From: a bacterium
GTDB lineage: Bacteria; Patescibacteriota; JACMRA01
Direction of reading: 5' to 3'
Length of the DNA stretch: 31,201 bases
Assembly (NCBI GenBank): GCA_043764135.1
Contig: JAYUKV010000131.1
Span: forward strand, 1-31,201
The notes under the pieces were generated by a model. The model was not told the DNA's origin. It saw nothing but the letters and a program-made list of their open reading frames with translations, and made no database searches. This document shows, piece by piece, positions 1 to 10,381 of this stretch (its first letter is position 1; every line of letters begins with the position of its first letter). A program made the position numbers and the translations under genes.

Positions 1-377
1 CACAACTTTTTTTCTTAAATCATTATCATATCTCATAAATTTAAGACAGTATAGTTGATTAAAATTAATTGTCCAGTTGTGTTATGGGTTAGCTATAAAA
101 ATGAAAACGTCACAATAATAGAATATATCACCAACTTTATAATCTTCATAATTATTTGCTTTTTCTTATATTATAAATAATTAATGCAAAAACTATGCTT
201 AGTAATAGTTGGCCGATTATAAATCCTAGTATCTAGGAAGCATCAGTAGAGTAGTCCTCATTTGGTCTAATTATAAATTGTAATATTAAAAATACAATTA
301 TAGTGTATTTGAAAAATTTTAACTTCATTCTTAATTTGATAACACATAATGTGTTAAAATGATAAATGACAAAAAAT

Positions 378-2096
378 CTAATTAACAACTCTGATTATTT
401 CTTGCATATCAGTTTCTCCTATTACTACTTTATAGACTCCATCCATTAACATGTTTACAAAGTTGTTTTTTGCAAGGCTCATTCTGATGTCTGATGGTGA
501 AGTGATGTTATCTGATAATAGTGCTTTTAACTCTTGGCTGACATCGAATACTTCGTAAATACCTATTCTGCCTTTGTAACCTGACATATTGCATTTTTCA
601 CAACCTTTGGACTTGGTGAATTCTATTTCTTTAATGTCTGGAAGTTTATCAAATGTTGGATTGGCTTTAAGTAGTTGATAACCTCTATCAAAGACCTCCC
701 TTTCAAATTCATCAAGCATGTGTTTTATCTTGCAATGTGGGCAGACTTTACGAACAAGTCTTTGACCGATTACAACAGACAGGGCATCGGCAAATAAATA
801 TCCTTTTAATCCCATTTCTAGCATTCTAGGTAATGCTCCAACTGCGTCATTTGTGTGAAGGGTCGATAATACTTTATGACCAGTTAAGGCTGCGTTTACG
901 GCTGTGTCTGCAGTTTCAAAGTCTCTTATTTCTCCTACCATGATAATATCTGGATCTTGTCTAAGAACAGATCTAAGAGCTGTTCCAAAAGTCACACCTT
1001 TAGATTGATCAATCTGAGTTTGAGAAATACCATCTAACCTGTATTCTATTGGATCCTCAAGAGAGATAATCTTATTCATACCATCGTTAAGTATTGTTAA
1101 CATGGTGTAAAGTGTTGTAGTCTTACCGCTTCCTGTAGGTCCTGTAGTGAGAATCAAGCCTTGATTTCTTTTGAGAGCTTTTTCTAGCATCTTGCGTTGG
1201 TACTCTAGAAATCCTAAGCTCTCTAGATCCAATACAACATTATTATTACCCAACAATCTCATAACTACAGAATATCCATGTTGAGAAGGAAGCATAGACA
1301 CACGGACATCTAGAGGAAGAGTGTTGTATTGAAAGGAGAATCTTCCATCTTGTGGAATATCGTTAATGTTTAGTTTTAACTTTGATAGTAGTTTTATTCT
1401 GTTTTCAACTTCTCTTTGTTTGGATGCAGGAAAATATGCCATTGTCTTCATTACACCATCAAGTCTGAGCTTAATGTAATATTTCTCTCCGTCTGATTCT
1501 AAGTGGATGTCTGAAGCAAGGTTTCCAGCAGCGCATGCGAGCATAGCTTCCATCTTCTCAGTTACAGTCGGTGAGTTATCAATTACTTGTTGTAAATTAT
1601 CTAGTGACAAACTTTGATTCTCAAATTTTGCCATAGTTTCAGAGTTAAGATTTATATCATCGTTTACAGTGGTATTTTCAACAATAAGGTCGTATGTTTT
1701 TACAATTTTATCAATTGATTCTTCAGAACAATAATAGAATTTGATTTGGTATCCTTTTTCTATGAGTGCATTTATTTTTTCTTTTTGACCTTCGATTTTT
1801 AGTCTTGACAGCGCTATGTTTAAGTCGTTTTCATTGTTGTTAAAACAGCCCATTCTTAATCTATCCACTTCACCTTTTGTAAAAAAACCTAAAGCTCCAG
1901 AAGTAATTGGATAACCAAAAAGGTTAATATACCCCATACCGTACTCAGCTGCTTTACGTTCGATTATACCTTCTTGAAAGGTTCTGTTTAAATCGTTTTG
2001 CACTTTGTTGATTCTAAACTGTTTATCATCAGAAAGGGTGCTAACTCTCACATCATTTGAGTTGTTTATTTGACCTGGATCAATAGTTACCGGCAT
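378..2096 (-). CDS. pilB: Type IV pilus/T2SS assembly ATPase (PilB/GspE family)
   Basis: Walker A GPTGSGKT, LEDPIE Asp box, LRQDPDIIMVGEIRD Walker B region, TLHTNDA His box, tetracysteine CPHC...CEKC; 572 aa. Confidence 0.92.
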   Translation of the reverse strand: MPVTIDPGQINNSNDVRVSTLSDDKQFRINKVQNDLNRTFQEGIIERKAAEYGMGYINLFGYPITSGALGFFTKGEVDRLRMGCFNNNENDLNIALSRLKIEGQKEKINALIEKGYQIKFYYCSEESIDKIVKTYDLIVENTTVNDDINLNSETMAKFENQSLSLDNLQQVIDNSPTVTEKMEAMLACAAGNLASDIHLESDGEKYYIKLRLDGVMKTMAYFPASKQREVENRIKLLSKLKLNINDIPQDGRFSFQYNTLPLDVRVSMLPSQHGYSVVMRLLGNNNVVLDLESLGFLEYQRKMLEKALKRNQGLILTTGPTGSGKTTTLYTMLTILNDGMNKIISLEDPIEYRLDGISQTQIDQSKGVTFGTALRSVLRQDPDIIMVGEIRDFETADTAVNAALTGHKVLSTLHTNDAVGALPRMLEMGLKGYLFADALSVVIGQRLVRKVCPHCKIKHMLDEFEREVFDRGYQLLKANPTFDKLPDIKEIEFTKSKGCEKCNMSGYKGRIGIYEVFDVSQELKALLSDNITSPSDIRMSLAKNNFVNMLMDGVYKVVIGETDMQEIIRVVN

Positions 2097-2134
2097 ATTA
2101 TAAGTTAATTTTACCCTAATGTAAGTATATGGTC

Positions 2135-2164
2135 AAAAAAAATTCCCCTTTGAAAAAAAGGGGA
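2135..2164 (-). terminator. Intrinsic terminator of ORF 2175..2492
   Basis: 8-bp stem TCCCCTTT/AAAGGGGA followed on the minus strand by A plus T8. Confidence 0.8.
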
Positions 2165-2174
2165 TGTAATGTAT

Positions 2175-2492
2175 TTATACCGTAATCAAATCATCATCTC
2201 GACCGGTATCGGTTTTTTTTATGAATTTTGCTTTCCTAAAGAATGTTGTATTGAAGTCAAAAGTGTCTAGTTTTGCTGGAGTCACTCTATATAAAGGTTC
2301 TTTAGAAAGTTCATTTTTTTCAATATCGTTGACCATGTAACATTGGTTACTTCCGTCACTTTCTTCAACAAGGATTAATGGATTTGTTCCTGCTTGTAAA
2401 AGATCAAGAATTGTTTTGTTACTAGTATCCATGTGTCCAAATGAATATATGGATTCATGGATAATAAACGATTTGAAGATTTGATGTGACAT
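2175..2492 (-). CDS. Hypothetical protein, 105 aa
   Basis: ATG with AGGA 7 nt upstream, TTGACA at 2564-2559 and its own terminator; no recognisable motif. Confidence 0.75.
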   Translation of the reverse strand: MSHQIFKSFIIHESIYSFGHMDTSNKTILDLLQAGTNPLILVEESDGSNQCYMVNDIEKNELSKEPLYRVTPAKLDTFDFNTTFFRKAKFIKKTDTGRDDDLITV

Positions 2493-2567
2493 GATTTTGT
2501 CCTGCTAATTGAGGTTTTAGAGTGCAATACTTTAAACGTTGTTCCAACTTATAAAGTTTGTCAAGAA

Positions 2568-4118
2568 TTATCTATCAATTTTATCTGTGTAGGTCAAGCT
2601 CACGATTTTTGGATCAGATAAAACATAGGCTGCAAAACCTGAATTGTTGTTTATTGTTAAACCAATAGGTTTTGCGTTTTGACCTCCTAATTTGGCTTTA
2701 ACAAAATTAACATTGTCATTGTCTTCGAATATCTGTAAACCGAGATTAATTCTGTTCTCAGGCACAGCTTCTACAATAATCTTATATTTAGTATTGGGGT
2801 TATCCGAAGTAAATTTAGTTATTGTACTTATTAAAGTTTCAATAACTAAACTCAAATGAGCCGATAATTCTTCTAAAGTTTTAGAATTTAAAGTACAGTA
2901 GGAGATAAAATCAGGGTCCAGATCTAATCCATTTTGAATTTGATTGTTTTGATTTATAAATACCAGTACTTCGTCTTCTAACTTTGGGCAAAACCCTCTC
3001 GAGAGAAGTGATTGCAAGGTTGAATTAAAATTATCTTTTTCTACTTTGGTAATTAGTTTTTTTTTGTTTTCAATAACCTCTGGTTCTGGTGAGACTGTGG
3101 GGTTTAGTAAAGAAGTTGTTAAATTCTCTTTAAGTGTCTGAAATTTTTGCCCTACAAGATCTGATGAAGTAACATCTTTTGGGTTACGTTCTTCGTTGAT
3201 TTGGGTTTGAATTTTTGTTCTAATATCAAAAACTTTATAAACCTTACCATGGTAAGTGTATAATGATAGATTACCATCTGTTAACTTAAGAGTCATGGCA
3301 GTAGGCTGAGACAAGTCATCGTCACTTTCATAAGCAACAACATTGTTTAGAAAATCTACCCCTATTTGAAATTTATTTCCTAATCCATAATAAATAATGT
3401 CTTTTAGAGAAGGGTGTAAGTTTTTACTATTGATTCTTGCAAATTGTGACAATTGATCAATGTATTCAATCTTGGTTTGAGTTGCACTGGCGATCATTTT
3501 TTGCTCTGCCTCTTTGATTTTTGAGTGTAGCTGTTGGATTGAGTCAGTTTCAAATACTTTTGCATTTTTTGGATCAATGGTTTGTATTTGTGGAGTTTGA
3601 CTTTTATCTTTATACTCTTTATTTCGGTTATTGTCTAGTAGTTGTTTAAGATATTTTTCATTATATGTGATTGAATCATTTTTTATTCTTGATGATTTAA
3701 TGGCTTGTTCTAATTGATTTAGATTTTTATCAATTAAACTTAGATATCTTGTTTGAATTTTGTTACTCAGATTAGTTTTTAAATTATTTATAATTTTAAT
3801 TAGTTTATTTGATTCTTGAACTTGAGTATTGATTATATAAATTGAATTTTGTATGTGTTGTTTTCTTTGTGTTGATGAGTAGTGTCCGATTATATTTCTA
3901 GCAAATTTTTCTAATCCAGGTAATTCAAATTCTATAGGTTTTATCAGATGAGGTTGGTCCAAATCATCCTTAGAACCACCTAATTGAATATATTCTTTTT
4001 GTAATTTAATTAAAATAGTAGATGTTTTGACTAATAAAACATTAAGCTTTTCCAAGCTATAATGTAACTGGTTATCAGGAACGAATTTATTAGACTCACT
4101 TCCTGCAATATTATTCAT
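2568..4118 (-). CDS. Hypothetical protein, 516 aa, N-terminal half predicted coiled-coil/helical
   Basis: Long ORF divergent from leuS; K/N/Q/I-rich heptad-like N-terminus; no family recognised. Confidence 0.8.
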   Translation of the reverse strand: MNNIAGSESNKFVPDNQLHYSLEKLNVLLVKTSTILIKLQKEYIQLGGSKDDLDQPHLIKPIEFELPGLEKFARNIIGHYSSTQRKQHIQNSIYIINTQVQESNKLIKIINNLKTNLSNKIQTRYLSLIDKNLNQLEQAIKSSRIKNDSITYNEKYLKQLLDNNRNKEYKDKSQTPQIQTIDPKNAKVFETDSIQQLHSKIKEAEQKMIASATQTKIEYIDQLSQFARINSKNLHPSLKDIIYYGLGNKFQIGVDFLNNVVAYESDDDLSQPTAMTLKLTDGNLSLYTYHGKVYKVFDIRTKIQTQINEERNPKDVTSSDLVGQKFQTLKENLTTSLLNPTVSPEPEVIENKKKLITKVEKDNFNSTLQSLLSRGFCPKLEDEVLVFINQNNQIQNGLDLDPDFISYCTLNSKTLEELSAHLSLVIETLISTITKFTSDNPNTKYKIIVEAVPENRINLGLQIFEDNDNVNFVKAKLGGQNAKPIGLTINNNSGFAAYVLSDPKIVSLTYTDKIDR

Positions 4119-4200
4119 AATGATTGAGTATAGTTTATAAACGCAGTTTTAACAACCTTGGCTTTACATAATTTATATACTTAATTACCAATAGATATAT

Positions 4201-6696
4201 ATGTCATACGATCACAGACAAATAGAAACTAATATTCTTAAATATTGGAATGATAATAATATTTATCAAACCATAAATGATTATTCTAAACCAAAAAAAT
4301 ATATTCTTGATATGTTTCCTTATCCTTCTGGTGCAGGTTTGCATGTTGGACACCCAAGAGGCTATGTAGGAAGCGATATTCTTGCTAGGTTTTATAAACT
4401 CAATGGTTATAATGTACTTCATCCAATGGGGTTTGATTCGTTTGGTTTGCCAGCGGAAAATTACGCTAAAAAGAATAAAGTAATGCCAGCATTGATTACA
4501 CAATCTAATATCGATACTTTTAAAAAGCAGTTAGAATCATTAGGTTTTAGTTATGATTGGGGCAGGGAACTTGCAACAACAGATGAAGACTTCTTCAAAT
4601 GGACACAATGGATATTTCTAGAATTATTCAAAAAAGGCTTAGCCTATGAAGAATCTACTATGGTTAATTGGTGTCCTGGATTGGGGACCATATTAGCTAA
4701 TGAAGAAGTTATAGATGGTTTAAGCGAAATAGGGTCGTATCCAGTATTTAGAAAACCTTTAAAACAATGGTCAATGAGAATTACTCAATATGCTGAAAGG
4801 TTAAATGATGATCTAAATTTGTTAGACAAATGGCCTGAAAAAATCAAAACAATGCAAGCTAATTGGATTGGTAAATCTACAGGTTATGAAGTTAAATTTC
4901 CTGTTATTAATTCAGATCTATTCGTTGAAGTATATACTACAAGATTAGATACAATTGAATCAAATACTTATTTGCTTCTTGCGCCCGAGCATCCATTGGT
5001 CGGACAATTAACAACAGAAGACAATAAGTCAACTGTAGATGAGTACATCAAGCAGACTTCGCTTAAGTCAGATTTGGCTAGACAAGAGAATCAAGAATTT
5101 ACAGGTTGTTTTACTGGTTCTTATGCTACTAACCCTATTAATGGTATAAAATTACCTATTTGGATTGCTGACTTTGTTCTAGCTCATTACGCAAAAGGTG
5201 CTGTTTTCGGAGATGCGCATGATCAAAGAGATTTTGATCTGGCTAAGAAGTATAATATCCCTTTAGATACTAATATTTATCCAGTTAATGCTACACCTGA
5301 TGAGATTGAAGAAATTAAGAATTTAAATATTTGTTATACAGAATTAGGAGTTGACAGTGAGGGTAGAACAAGTGAAGAGCTTAAGAAGTTTTATGGAGAT
5401 AAGCTAGTCGATCAATCTTTGGCAAAAGTAAAAGTTAATTATAGACTCAAAGATTGGGGATTTTCTAGACAGAGGTACTGGGGTGAGCCAATCCCTGTGG
5501 TGTATGAAATTGATGATAATAAGAAAAAAGTTACAGGACCTATAGCTTTGGATTTTTGTACCCTTCCATTGAGATTGCCTTCAATAGATAACTTTGATCT
5601 AATTGATTATGATACGACAAAAGAAGATCCAGAACCTATTTTAAATAGATTTGAGGATTGGTTGTATGTTCAAGGTTATTATAATGATAAAGGTGAGGTG
5701 ATAACAATTGATGAAAATTCAATTATCCCAGAAGGAGTTGAGATTAAAAACTTTATTAGAGAAGGTAATACTATGCCTCAATGGGCTGGCTCTTCTTGGT
5801 ATTATCTAAGATATATGGACAATAAGAATGATCAAGCATTTGTAGATCCTAAGGCTGAGAAATACTGGAATCAAGTTGATATTTATATTGGTGGGGCTGA
5901 ACATGCTGTACTACACTTACTGTACTCAAGGTTTTGGCATAAAGTCTTATTCGACCTTGGTCATGTAACAACAGTTGAACCATTCAAGGAACTAATGAAT
6001 CAAGGTTTAATCATGGCCGAAGACGGTCGCAAAATGTCCAAGTCGCTTGGTAATGTTATCAATCCTGATGATATTGTTAATGAATTAGGAGCAGATTCAC
6101 TTAGATTATTTGAAATGTTTATTGGTCCGTTTGATCAGAATGTGGCTTGGCAGACTAATGGAATAATAGGTATGAGAAGATTCTTAGATAAAATTGAATC
6201 TTTAAAAACCAAGATCCAGGACCAGACAAATCCTAATCTAGACTTCATTCATAACCTTACAATTAAAGAAGTAACCAACAATATCCAAGATTACAAGTTC
6301 AATTCAGCAATAGCAAGAATGATGGAATGGTGTAATGTTGTTATCAAAGAATCTTTTATAGGCAAAAAACAATATCTCCAATTCTTACAAATCCTAGCTC
6401 CGTTTGCTCCATTTCTAACTGATTCAATTTGGTTGGAATTGGGTAATAGTAAATCAATTCATCTATCCACATGGCCTCAATATGATGAAACCAAGATTAT
6501 TGTAAAATCCAAAGTTATTGGTGTTCAAGTTAATGGAAAACTAAGAGGTGAGATAGAAGTGTTCGAAGAAGATACACAAGAACAAGCTCTAGTTAAAGCT
6601 AAAGAAATTGAAAATGTCTCAAGATTCATTGAAGGGGAAATTACCAAAGTAGTATATATTCCAATGAGAGTATTAAATATAATAGTAAATAATTAA
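4201..6696 (+). CDS. leuS: Leucine--tRNA ligase
   Basis: MFPYPSGAGLHVGH (HIGH), KMSKS, WGFSRQRYWGEPIP, CP1 editing-domain motifs YTTRLDT and AHDQRD, C-terminal VQVNGKLRG. Confidence 0.99.
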   Translation: MSYDHRQIETNILKYWNDNNIYQTINDYSKPKKYILDMFPYPSGAGLHVGHPRGYVGSDILARFYKLNGYNVLHPMGFDSFGLPAENYAKKNKVMPALITQSNIDTFKKQLESLGFSYDWGRELATTDEDFFKWTQWIFLELFKKGLAYEESTMVNWCPGLGTILANEEVIDGLSEIGSYPVFRKPLKQWSMRITQYAERLNDDLNLLDKWPEKIKTMQANWIGKSTGYEVKFPVINSDLFVEVYTTRLDTIESNTYLLLAPEHPLVGQLTTEDNKSTVDEYIKQTSLKSDLARQENQEFTGCFTGSYATNPINGIKLPIWIADFVLAHYAKGAVFGDAHDQRDFDLAKKYNIPLDTNIYPVNATPDEIEEIKNLNICYTELGVDSEGRTSEELKKFYGDKLVDQSLAKVKVNYRLKDWGFSRQRYWGEPIPVVYEIDDNKKKVTGPIALDFCTLPLRLPSIDNFDLIDYDTTKEDPEPILNRFEDWLYVQGYYNDKGEVITIDENSIIPEGVEIKNFIREGNTMPQWAGSSWYYLRYMDNKNDQAFVDPKAEKYWNQVDIYIGGAEHAVLHLLYSRFWHKVLFDLGHVTTVEPFKELMNQGLIMAEDGRKMSKSLGNVINPDDIVNELGADSLRLFEMFIGPFDQNVAWQTNGIIGMRRFLDKIESLKTKIQDQTNPNLDFIHNLTIKEVTNNIQDYKFNSAIARMMEWCNVVIKESFIGKKQYLQFLQILAPFAPFLTDSIWLELGNSKSIHLSTWPQYDETKIIVKSKVIGVQVNGKLRGEIEVFEEDTQEQALVKAKEIENVSRFIEGEITKVVYIPMRVLNIIVNN

Positions 6697-6725
6697 GCAC
6701 CTAACTAATAGTTAGGTGCTTTTTA
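6695..6725. terminator. Bidirectional terminator between convergent leuS and PH-domain gene
   Basis: Perfect 12-bp stem AAGCACCTAACT/AGTTAGGTGCTT with a 3-nt loop, T-rich downstream. Confidence 0.85.
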
Positions 6726-6734
6726 TTAACTCTT

Positions 6735-7133
6735 TTACAAATTCTTGAATTGTTGTTCAGACAAGAACTGTGTAATCGGGGTTAAAGGGATTGATTTTTT
6801 AATCTGGATTTGGAATGTTGGTGTATGAGCGAAAGTGAAATTGATGTCATGATCACCATCGATAAGCCCACCTGCATTTTCAGTTGTAAAACAAACAAGA
6901 TGTTTCCATGGTATAAAGAAACGAGATATTTTCTCTCCTTTTAGATTTTGAAGATTAATAAAAATATATCGATGTGAAGTAAATAGAACCATGTCTCTTT
7001 TATAACGAAAGGCAAAATGAATTTCCTCTCCCTTACAAAGAAATTCTTCAATTACTTCTGTTACTCTTTGATCAGTCACACTAATTTCAGTTGCATTTGA
7101 AGTGAATAGAGACTGCCAATTTGAATCTGCCAT
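6735..7133 (-). CDS. Bacterial PH domain protein (bPH_1/YvbH-like)
   Basis: GEEIHFAFRYKRDMVLFTSHRYIFINLQNLKGEK...IPWKHLVCFTTENAG matches the bPH_1 pattern (GEEI...RD...FT.KR.I.VD.QG..G.K...SIPY..I..F..ETAG). Confidence 0.8.
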   Translation of the reverse strand: MADSNWQSLFTSNATEISVTDQRVTEVIEEFLCKGEEIHFAFRYKRDMVLFTSHRYIFINLQNLKGEKISRFFIPWKHLVCFTTENAGGLIDGDHDINFTFAHTPTFQIQIKKSIPLTPITQFLSEQQFKNL

Positions 7134-7207
7134 TTTATTTTCTACCTAAGATTATGGTTTTTCCATAGCCACTAATAGTAATGGCATAATAAAAACTTAA
7201 TTGCAAA

Positions 7208-8338
7208 TTAATAATTCTGTAATTCTTTTATCAAGTTTTTCTTCTTCGGGTGGTTAGTTACAATATAATCAATTGCTTCAATAAATAACTCTGTTTTACC
7301 ATAGGTTAAATACCATTTTTCTATTGTTGATAACAATTCTGAATAGTCATTGTTGTATAAGAAATTGGACCATTCTTTGATTAAATTAAAAACTTTATTC
7401 TCAATAAGATCTTGATCATGTGGGCAAATATTAGCAATTTGTAACAAATCTCTTACTTCAAAGGAGTCTAGATTTTGAATAAGGCTTTTTTTATCTTCGG
7501 CTTTTAAGGCGTATGACATCCATACCCTAGGTTGTTTCTTGTAATACTTCATTAGATATTGAGAAATACTATATTTAACATCATCATCCATCGATTTAAG
7601 AAAGTTTATAATATCAATATGTGAATCAATGGTAAAGATATTGGAGTAAATGTTTACATATGTTTTTACTCCTAAACTCTCTTTATTAAGAGAGTGAATC
7701 TTCTTCAGATATGGCATAAATAGCCTAAACCATAATGCGGAATTCTGCGCTGACAAATAAGGGTGTGTGAATAGCTGAATAATCTTAATCTCGTTATTAA
7801 ACTCTTTAGAACTTATATTAAGAGCTTCAGATAAAATATCTTTAACTTCAGGATATTTTATTATGTCTTTTGATATTGATCCTAGATTCTTGGTTATATC
7901 TCTTTCATCCCAATCAAACTCAAAATAATTAGTTAGATTAAATTTATATTGATTAAGTACAGTGCTTTTTTCACCTAAAATGAGGGTGTCCCATAGAGAG
8001 TCGTTGACTTTTGTTGTGTTATCTGTTGATTTGTATTTATCTTCTAATAATGATAAAACAGCGCTTATATGATGGCAATATCCCATCATATGGTAATATT
8101 CACAGTTACAATGTGCCAGCTTAAAATATTCATCACTTCTATACTCTGGATTAATCAAATGTATTGTTGGGGCGATAACTTCATAAATTTTATCATGATC
8201 TTTTATACCGTAATTATACCAATGTGGAATTAGTTCAGCTTTGGAGACTAGAACCTTACCTTCTAAATATAATTTCTGACCCTTTTGAATAAGGGTCTCA
8301 TTGTTAATTAATTGATTGATAGAATTATATATTGACAT
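7208..8338 (-). CDS. SWIM zinc-finger domain protein
   Basis: CNC-x8-CHH (CxC...CxH) followed by ISAVL; start overlaps the upstream stop by 1 nt (TAATG). Confidence 0.8.
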   Translation of the reverse strand: MSIYNSINQLINNETLIQKGQKLYLEGKVLVSKAELIPHWYNYGIKDHDKIYEVIAPTIHLINPEYRSDEYFKLAHCNCEYYHMMGYCHHISAVLSLLEDKYKSTDNTTKVNDSLWDTLILGEKSTVLNQYKFNLTNYFEFDWDERDITKNLGSISKDIIKYPEVKDILSEALNISSKEFNNEIKIIQLFTHPYLSAQNSALWFRLFMPYLKKIHSLNKESLGVKTYVNIYSNIFTIDSHIDIINFLKSMDDDVKYSISQYLMKYYKKQPRVWMSYALKAEDKKSLIQNLDSFEVRDLLQIANICPHDQDLIENKVFNLIKEWSNFLYNNDYSELLSTIEKWYLTYGKTELFIEAIDYIVTNHPKKKNLIKELQNY

Positions 8339-9774
8339 TATTGGATAATGTTTAAGATTGCTACTATAATTATAGCTATAGAAGAGAAAATGGGCAACAG
8401 AACAGCTATTTGTTCAGCTTGGCTAAAAGTCCTACTTGCTTTGTTTATCACTTTGGCGGTAATATACCCAATTAAACTAAGACTAATACCTAGTCCAATT
8501 GAAAAGATTAACAACATCCAGAATCCCAACCACCCAAGACCTAGAGATATAGAGAGTGTAAATATTATTAATGCATCAAAACAAGGAGTAAAACCAGTAT
8601 TTATTCCAAGCAAGATTGACTCCTTTAGATTTAACCTCTTGCTAGGTAGGTAGTGTTTATGATCTCCATGATCTAGAATTGTAAATGGCTTATTGCTATC
8701 GATATCAAGCTGAATTTCGTCGTATTTGTTTGATTTGGAAGCTAACTTATAATCTACATAATTCTTGTATGATTTTAATATCAAGAAAAAACCAAATATT
8801 AACAAGCTTAATGATGATAGAATCCTAATCCAATTAGCAAGAACAGGTATATTGATCCATTCTTTAGGGATATCAATTGTGAAGTTAATATATGGGATTA
8901 AAAGTTTAAATCCATCTTTGAACACTGCCCAAAGTAGCCCTAATAAAAGTATTATAAATGTATGGCTTATAGTAGTGCTAATTGCCATAATCACAGAGTC
9001 TTTAAATGTACCATTTATTGCACTTAGATATGATCCTATAATAGCTTTACCATGCCCTGGTTGGAATGCATGAAGAGCGCCAAAAATTGCACAAATACCA
9101 AGAATTATTAACAAATTTTGAAATGAGTAGTCAGGGTTTCTTAAAAAACTTTTTACTTTTGAGAAAAGTTCATTATTACTTATTCGATTAAAGAAGCTTA
9201 GATTGTTTATGCCTTTTGGACTTGCAATTGTAGTATTTAATTGTTCAGATACTAGGGTTTTATCTGGATAATATCCTATATTATCAAAGGTCACATTTAC
9301 ATTCTTATCAAGTGATATATTCCAATCTTGTGCAAGGACTGTATTAAATTTGAGTTTGTTATAGATTTTAATCTCTTTGGGGTTTTGATCTAGTATTACT
9401 TTGCCATAGTTGATTTGTAATTCAATAGTTGGAACTACAACTTGTTCAAGATTATTGTATGGGGTAAGAAGTTCAACACTTATTGGTCTATAATCAACTG
9501 AATCGTAATTAATGTATAAATTGTCTCTAAGTTTTGATAAATATTCCTTATTTTCTGAGTCATCAAAAACCTTATCAATATTCTTATCAAAACTTCCAAA
9601 CACAACATCTAGTTCAGAGCTTGGAACATTTATATCTAGAAGAATACTCAATTCTTGTTTATCATTATACACAACTGCAGTGGTCCTAGTTATAGCATTA
9701 CGAACCAGATGTGCATATGATATCTGTGGAATTAAAGCAAGTAAAATTAAACAACAAAATAGTATTTGTTTCAT
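8338..9774 (-). CDS. RcnA/NicO-family Ni/Co transporter fused to a secreted N-terminal domain
   Basis: Signal peptide ending ISYA-H; ALHAFQPGHGK motif, SHT helix, short His loop DHGDHKH, G.TPC.DAL motif; several TM helices in the C-terminal half. Confidence 0.82.
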   Translation of the reverse strand: MKQILFCCLILLALIPQISYAHLVRNAITRTTAVVYNDKQELSILLDINVPSSELDVVFGSFDKNIDKVFDDSENKEYLSKLRDNLYINYDSVDYRPISVELLTPYNNLEQVVVPTIELQINYGKVILDQNPKEIKIYNKLKFNTVLAQDWNISLDKNVNVTFDNIGYYPDKTLVSEQLNTTIASPKGINNLSFFNRISNNELFSKVKSFLRNPDYSFQNLLIILGICAIFGALHAFQPGHGKAIIGSYLSAINGTFKDSVIMAISTTISHTFIILLLGLLWAVFKDGFKLLIPYINFTIDIPKEWINIPVLANWIRILSSLSLLIFGFFLILKSYKNYVDYKLASKSNKYDEIQLDIDSNKPFTILDHGDHKHYLPSKRLNLKESILLGINTGFTPCFDALIIFTLSISLGLGWLGFWMLLIFSIGLGISLSLIGYITAKVINKASRTFSQAEQIAVLLPIFSSIAIIIVAILNIIQ

Positions 9775-9875
9775 TGCTGAATTTAAACAGTTTTTGATAA
9801 ATAAGTAAAATCATTAAGTAAAATTATAGTATTTTTTTCCTAAAGATTTTTAATCAAATAGGTTAAAATATAATT

Positions 9876-9904
9876 TTGACATTTAAAGAAAATTAAGCTA
9901 TTCT
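9876..9904 (+). promoter_or_regulatory. Sigma70-type promoter
   Basis: TTGACA-N17-TATTCT, upstream of AGGAG SD (9923-9927) and ATG 9933. Confidence 0.7.
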
Positions 9905-9932
9905 TGATAAGAAATGTCATTTAGGAGCTAAA

Positions 9933-10315
9933 ATGAAAACCCAAAACGAAAATTTCTTATTTATAGTAGCCTTTGGAGTGATAGGTATTACTATTGGTTG
10001 TATTATCGCTGCTTTTGCAGTTGATAAAAAAATGTTGATAATAATTTTATAACTAAAAGGGAAACTGTTTTAGTAACAGGAACTGATTTTTCTTCCACAA
10101 TAAATGTTACTTTTCAATTAGGGAACGGTGGGTATCTAAATGCGAAGGACACTACTCCAACAACAGAGACTTATCGTTCTAATCGTCGAGATTTGTATCG
10201 TAAATTTCTAAATGATAAAACAGTAATCTGTTTTGATTATTCATCTCCTAAGGAAAGTGTCACTCAAAAAGAGCGCGTTAAAACATTTCAACTCGGGGCT
10301 TGGGCCAACCTCTAA
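9933..10315 (+). pseudogene. Frameshifted membrane-anchored hypothetical gene (127 aa if A7 becomes A8); absent from the ORF track
   Basis: Frame 1 runs MKTQNENFLFIVAFGVIGITIGCIIAAFAVDKK and stops at 10050-10052; the -1 frame is open from 10028 to TAA 10313-10315; A7 tract at 10026-10032; promoter, SD and terminator all present. Confidence 0.7.
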
Positions 10316-10337
10316 TTAGTTAGAAGAATTCTTCTGA

Positions 10338-10381
10338 TAAACTCTTTGAAAACATTATTGTTTTTGAAGAGTTAATTTTTT
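10338..10381 (+). terminator. Terminator-like hairpin after the frameshifted gene
   Basis: TAACTCTT...AAGAGTTA stem with inner AAAAC/GTTTT, followed by ATTTTTTT. Confidence 0.6.

Noticed and set aside
1-97. Possible right part of another fold-back (CACAACT 1-7 pairs with AGTTGTG 75-81; TCTTAAAT/ATTTAAGA; ends in TTAGCTATA like the 29095 element)
   Set aside because: Truncated by the window edge; arms are short and AT-rich, so it cannot be distinguished from chance without upstream sequence.
340-356. TAACACA-TAA-TGTGTTA hairpin as the pilB terminator
   Set aside because: Weak AT-rich stem with no T-tract on the minus strand; not called.
4119-4200. T-box riboswitch upstream of leuS
   Set aside because: The intergenic region is only 82 nt, shared with a divergent gene, and has no T-box motif.
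4660-5820. Loss of Zn-knuckle cysteines and a short insertion in LeuRS
   Set aside because: Cys-poor ZN regions (NWCPGLGT...SEIG) are common in bacterial LeuRS lineages; not unusual enough.
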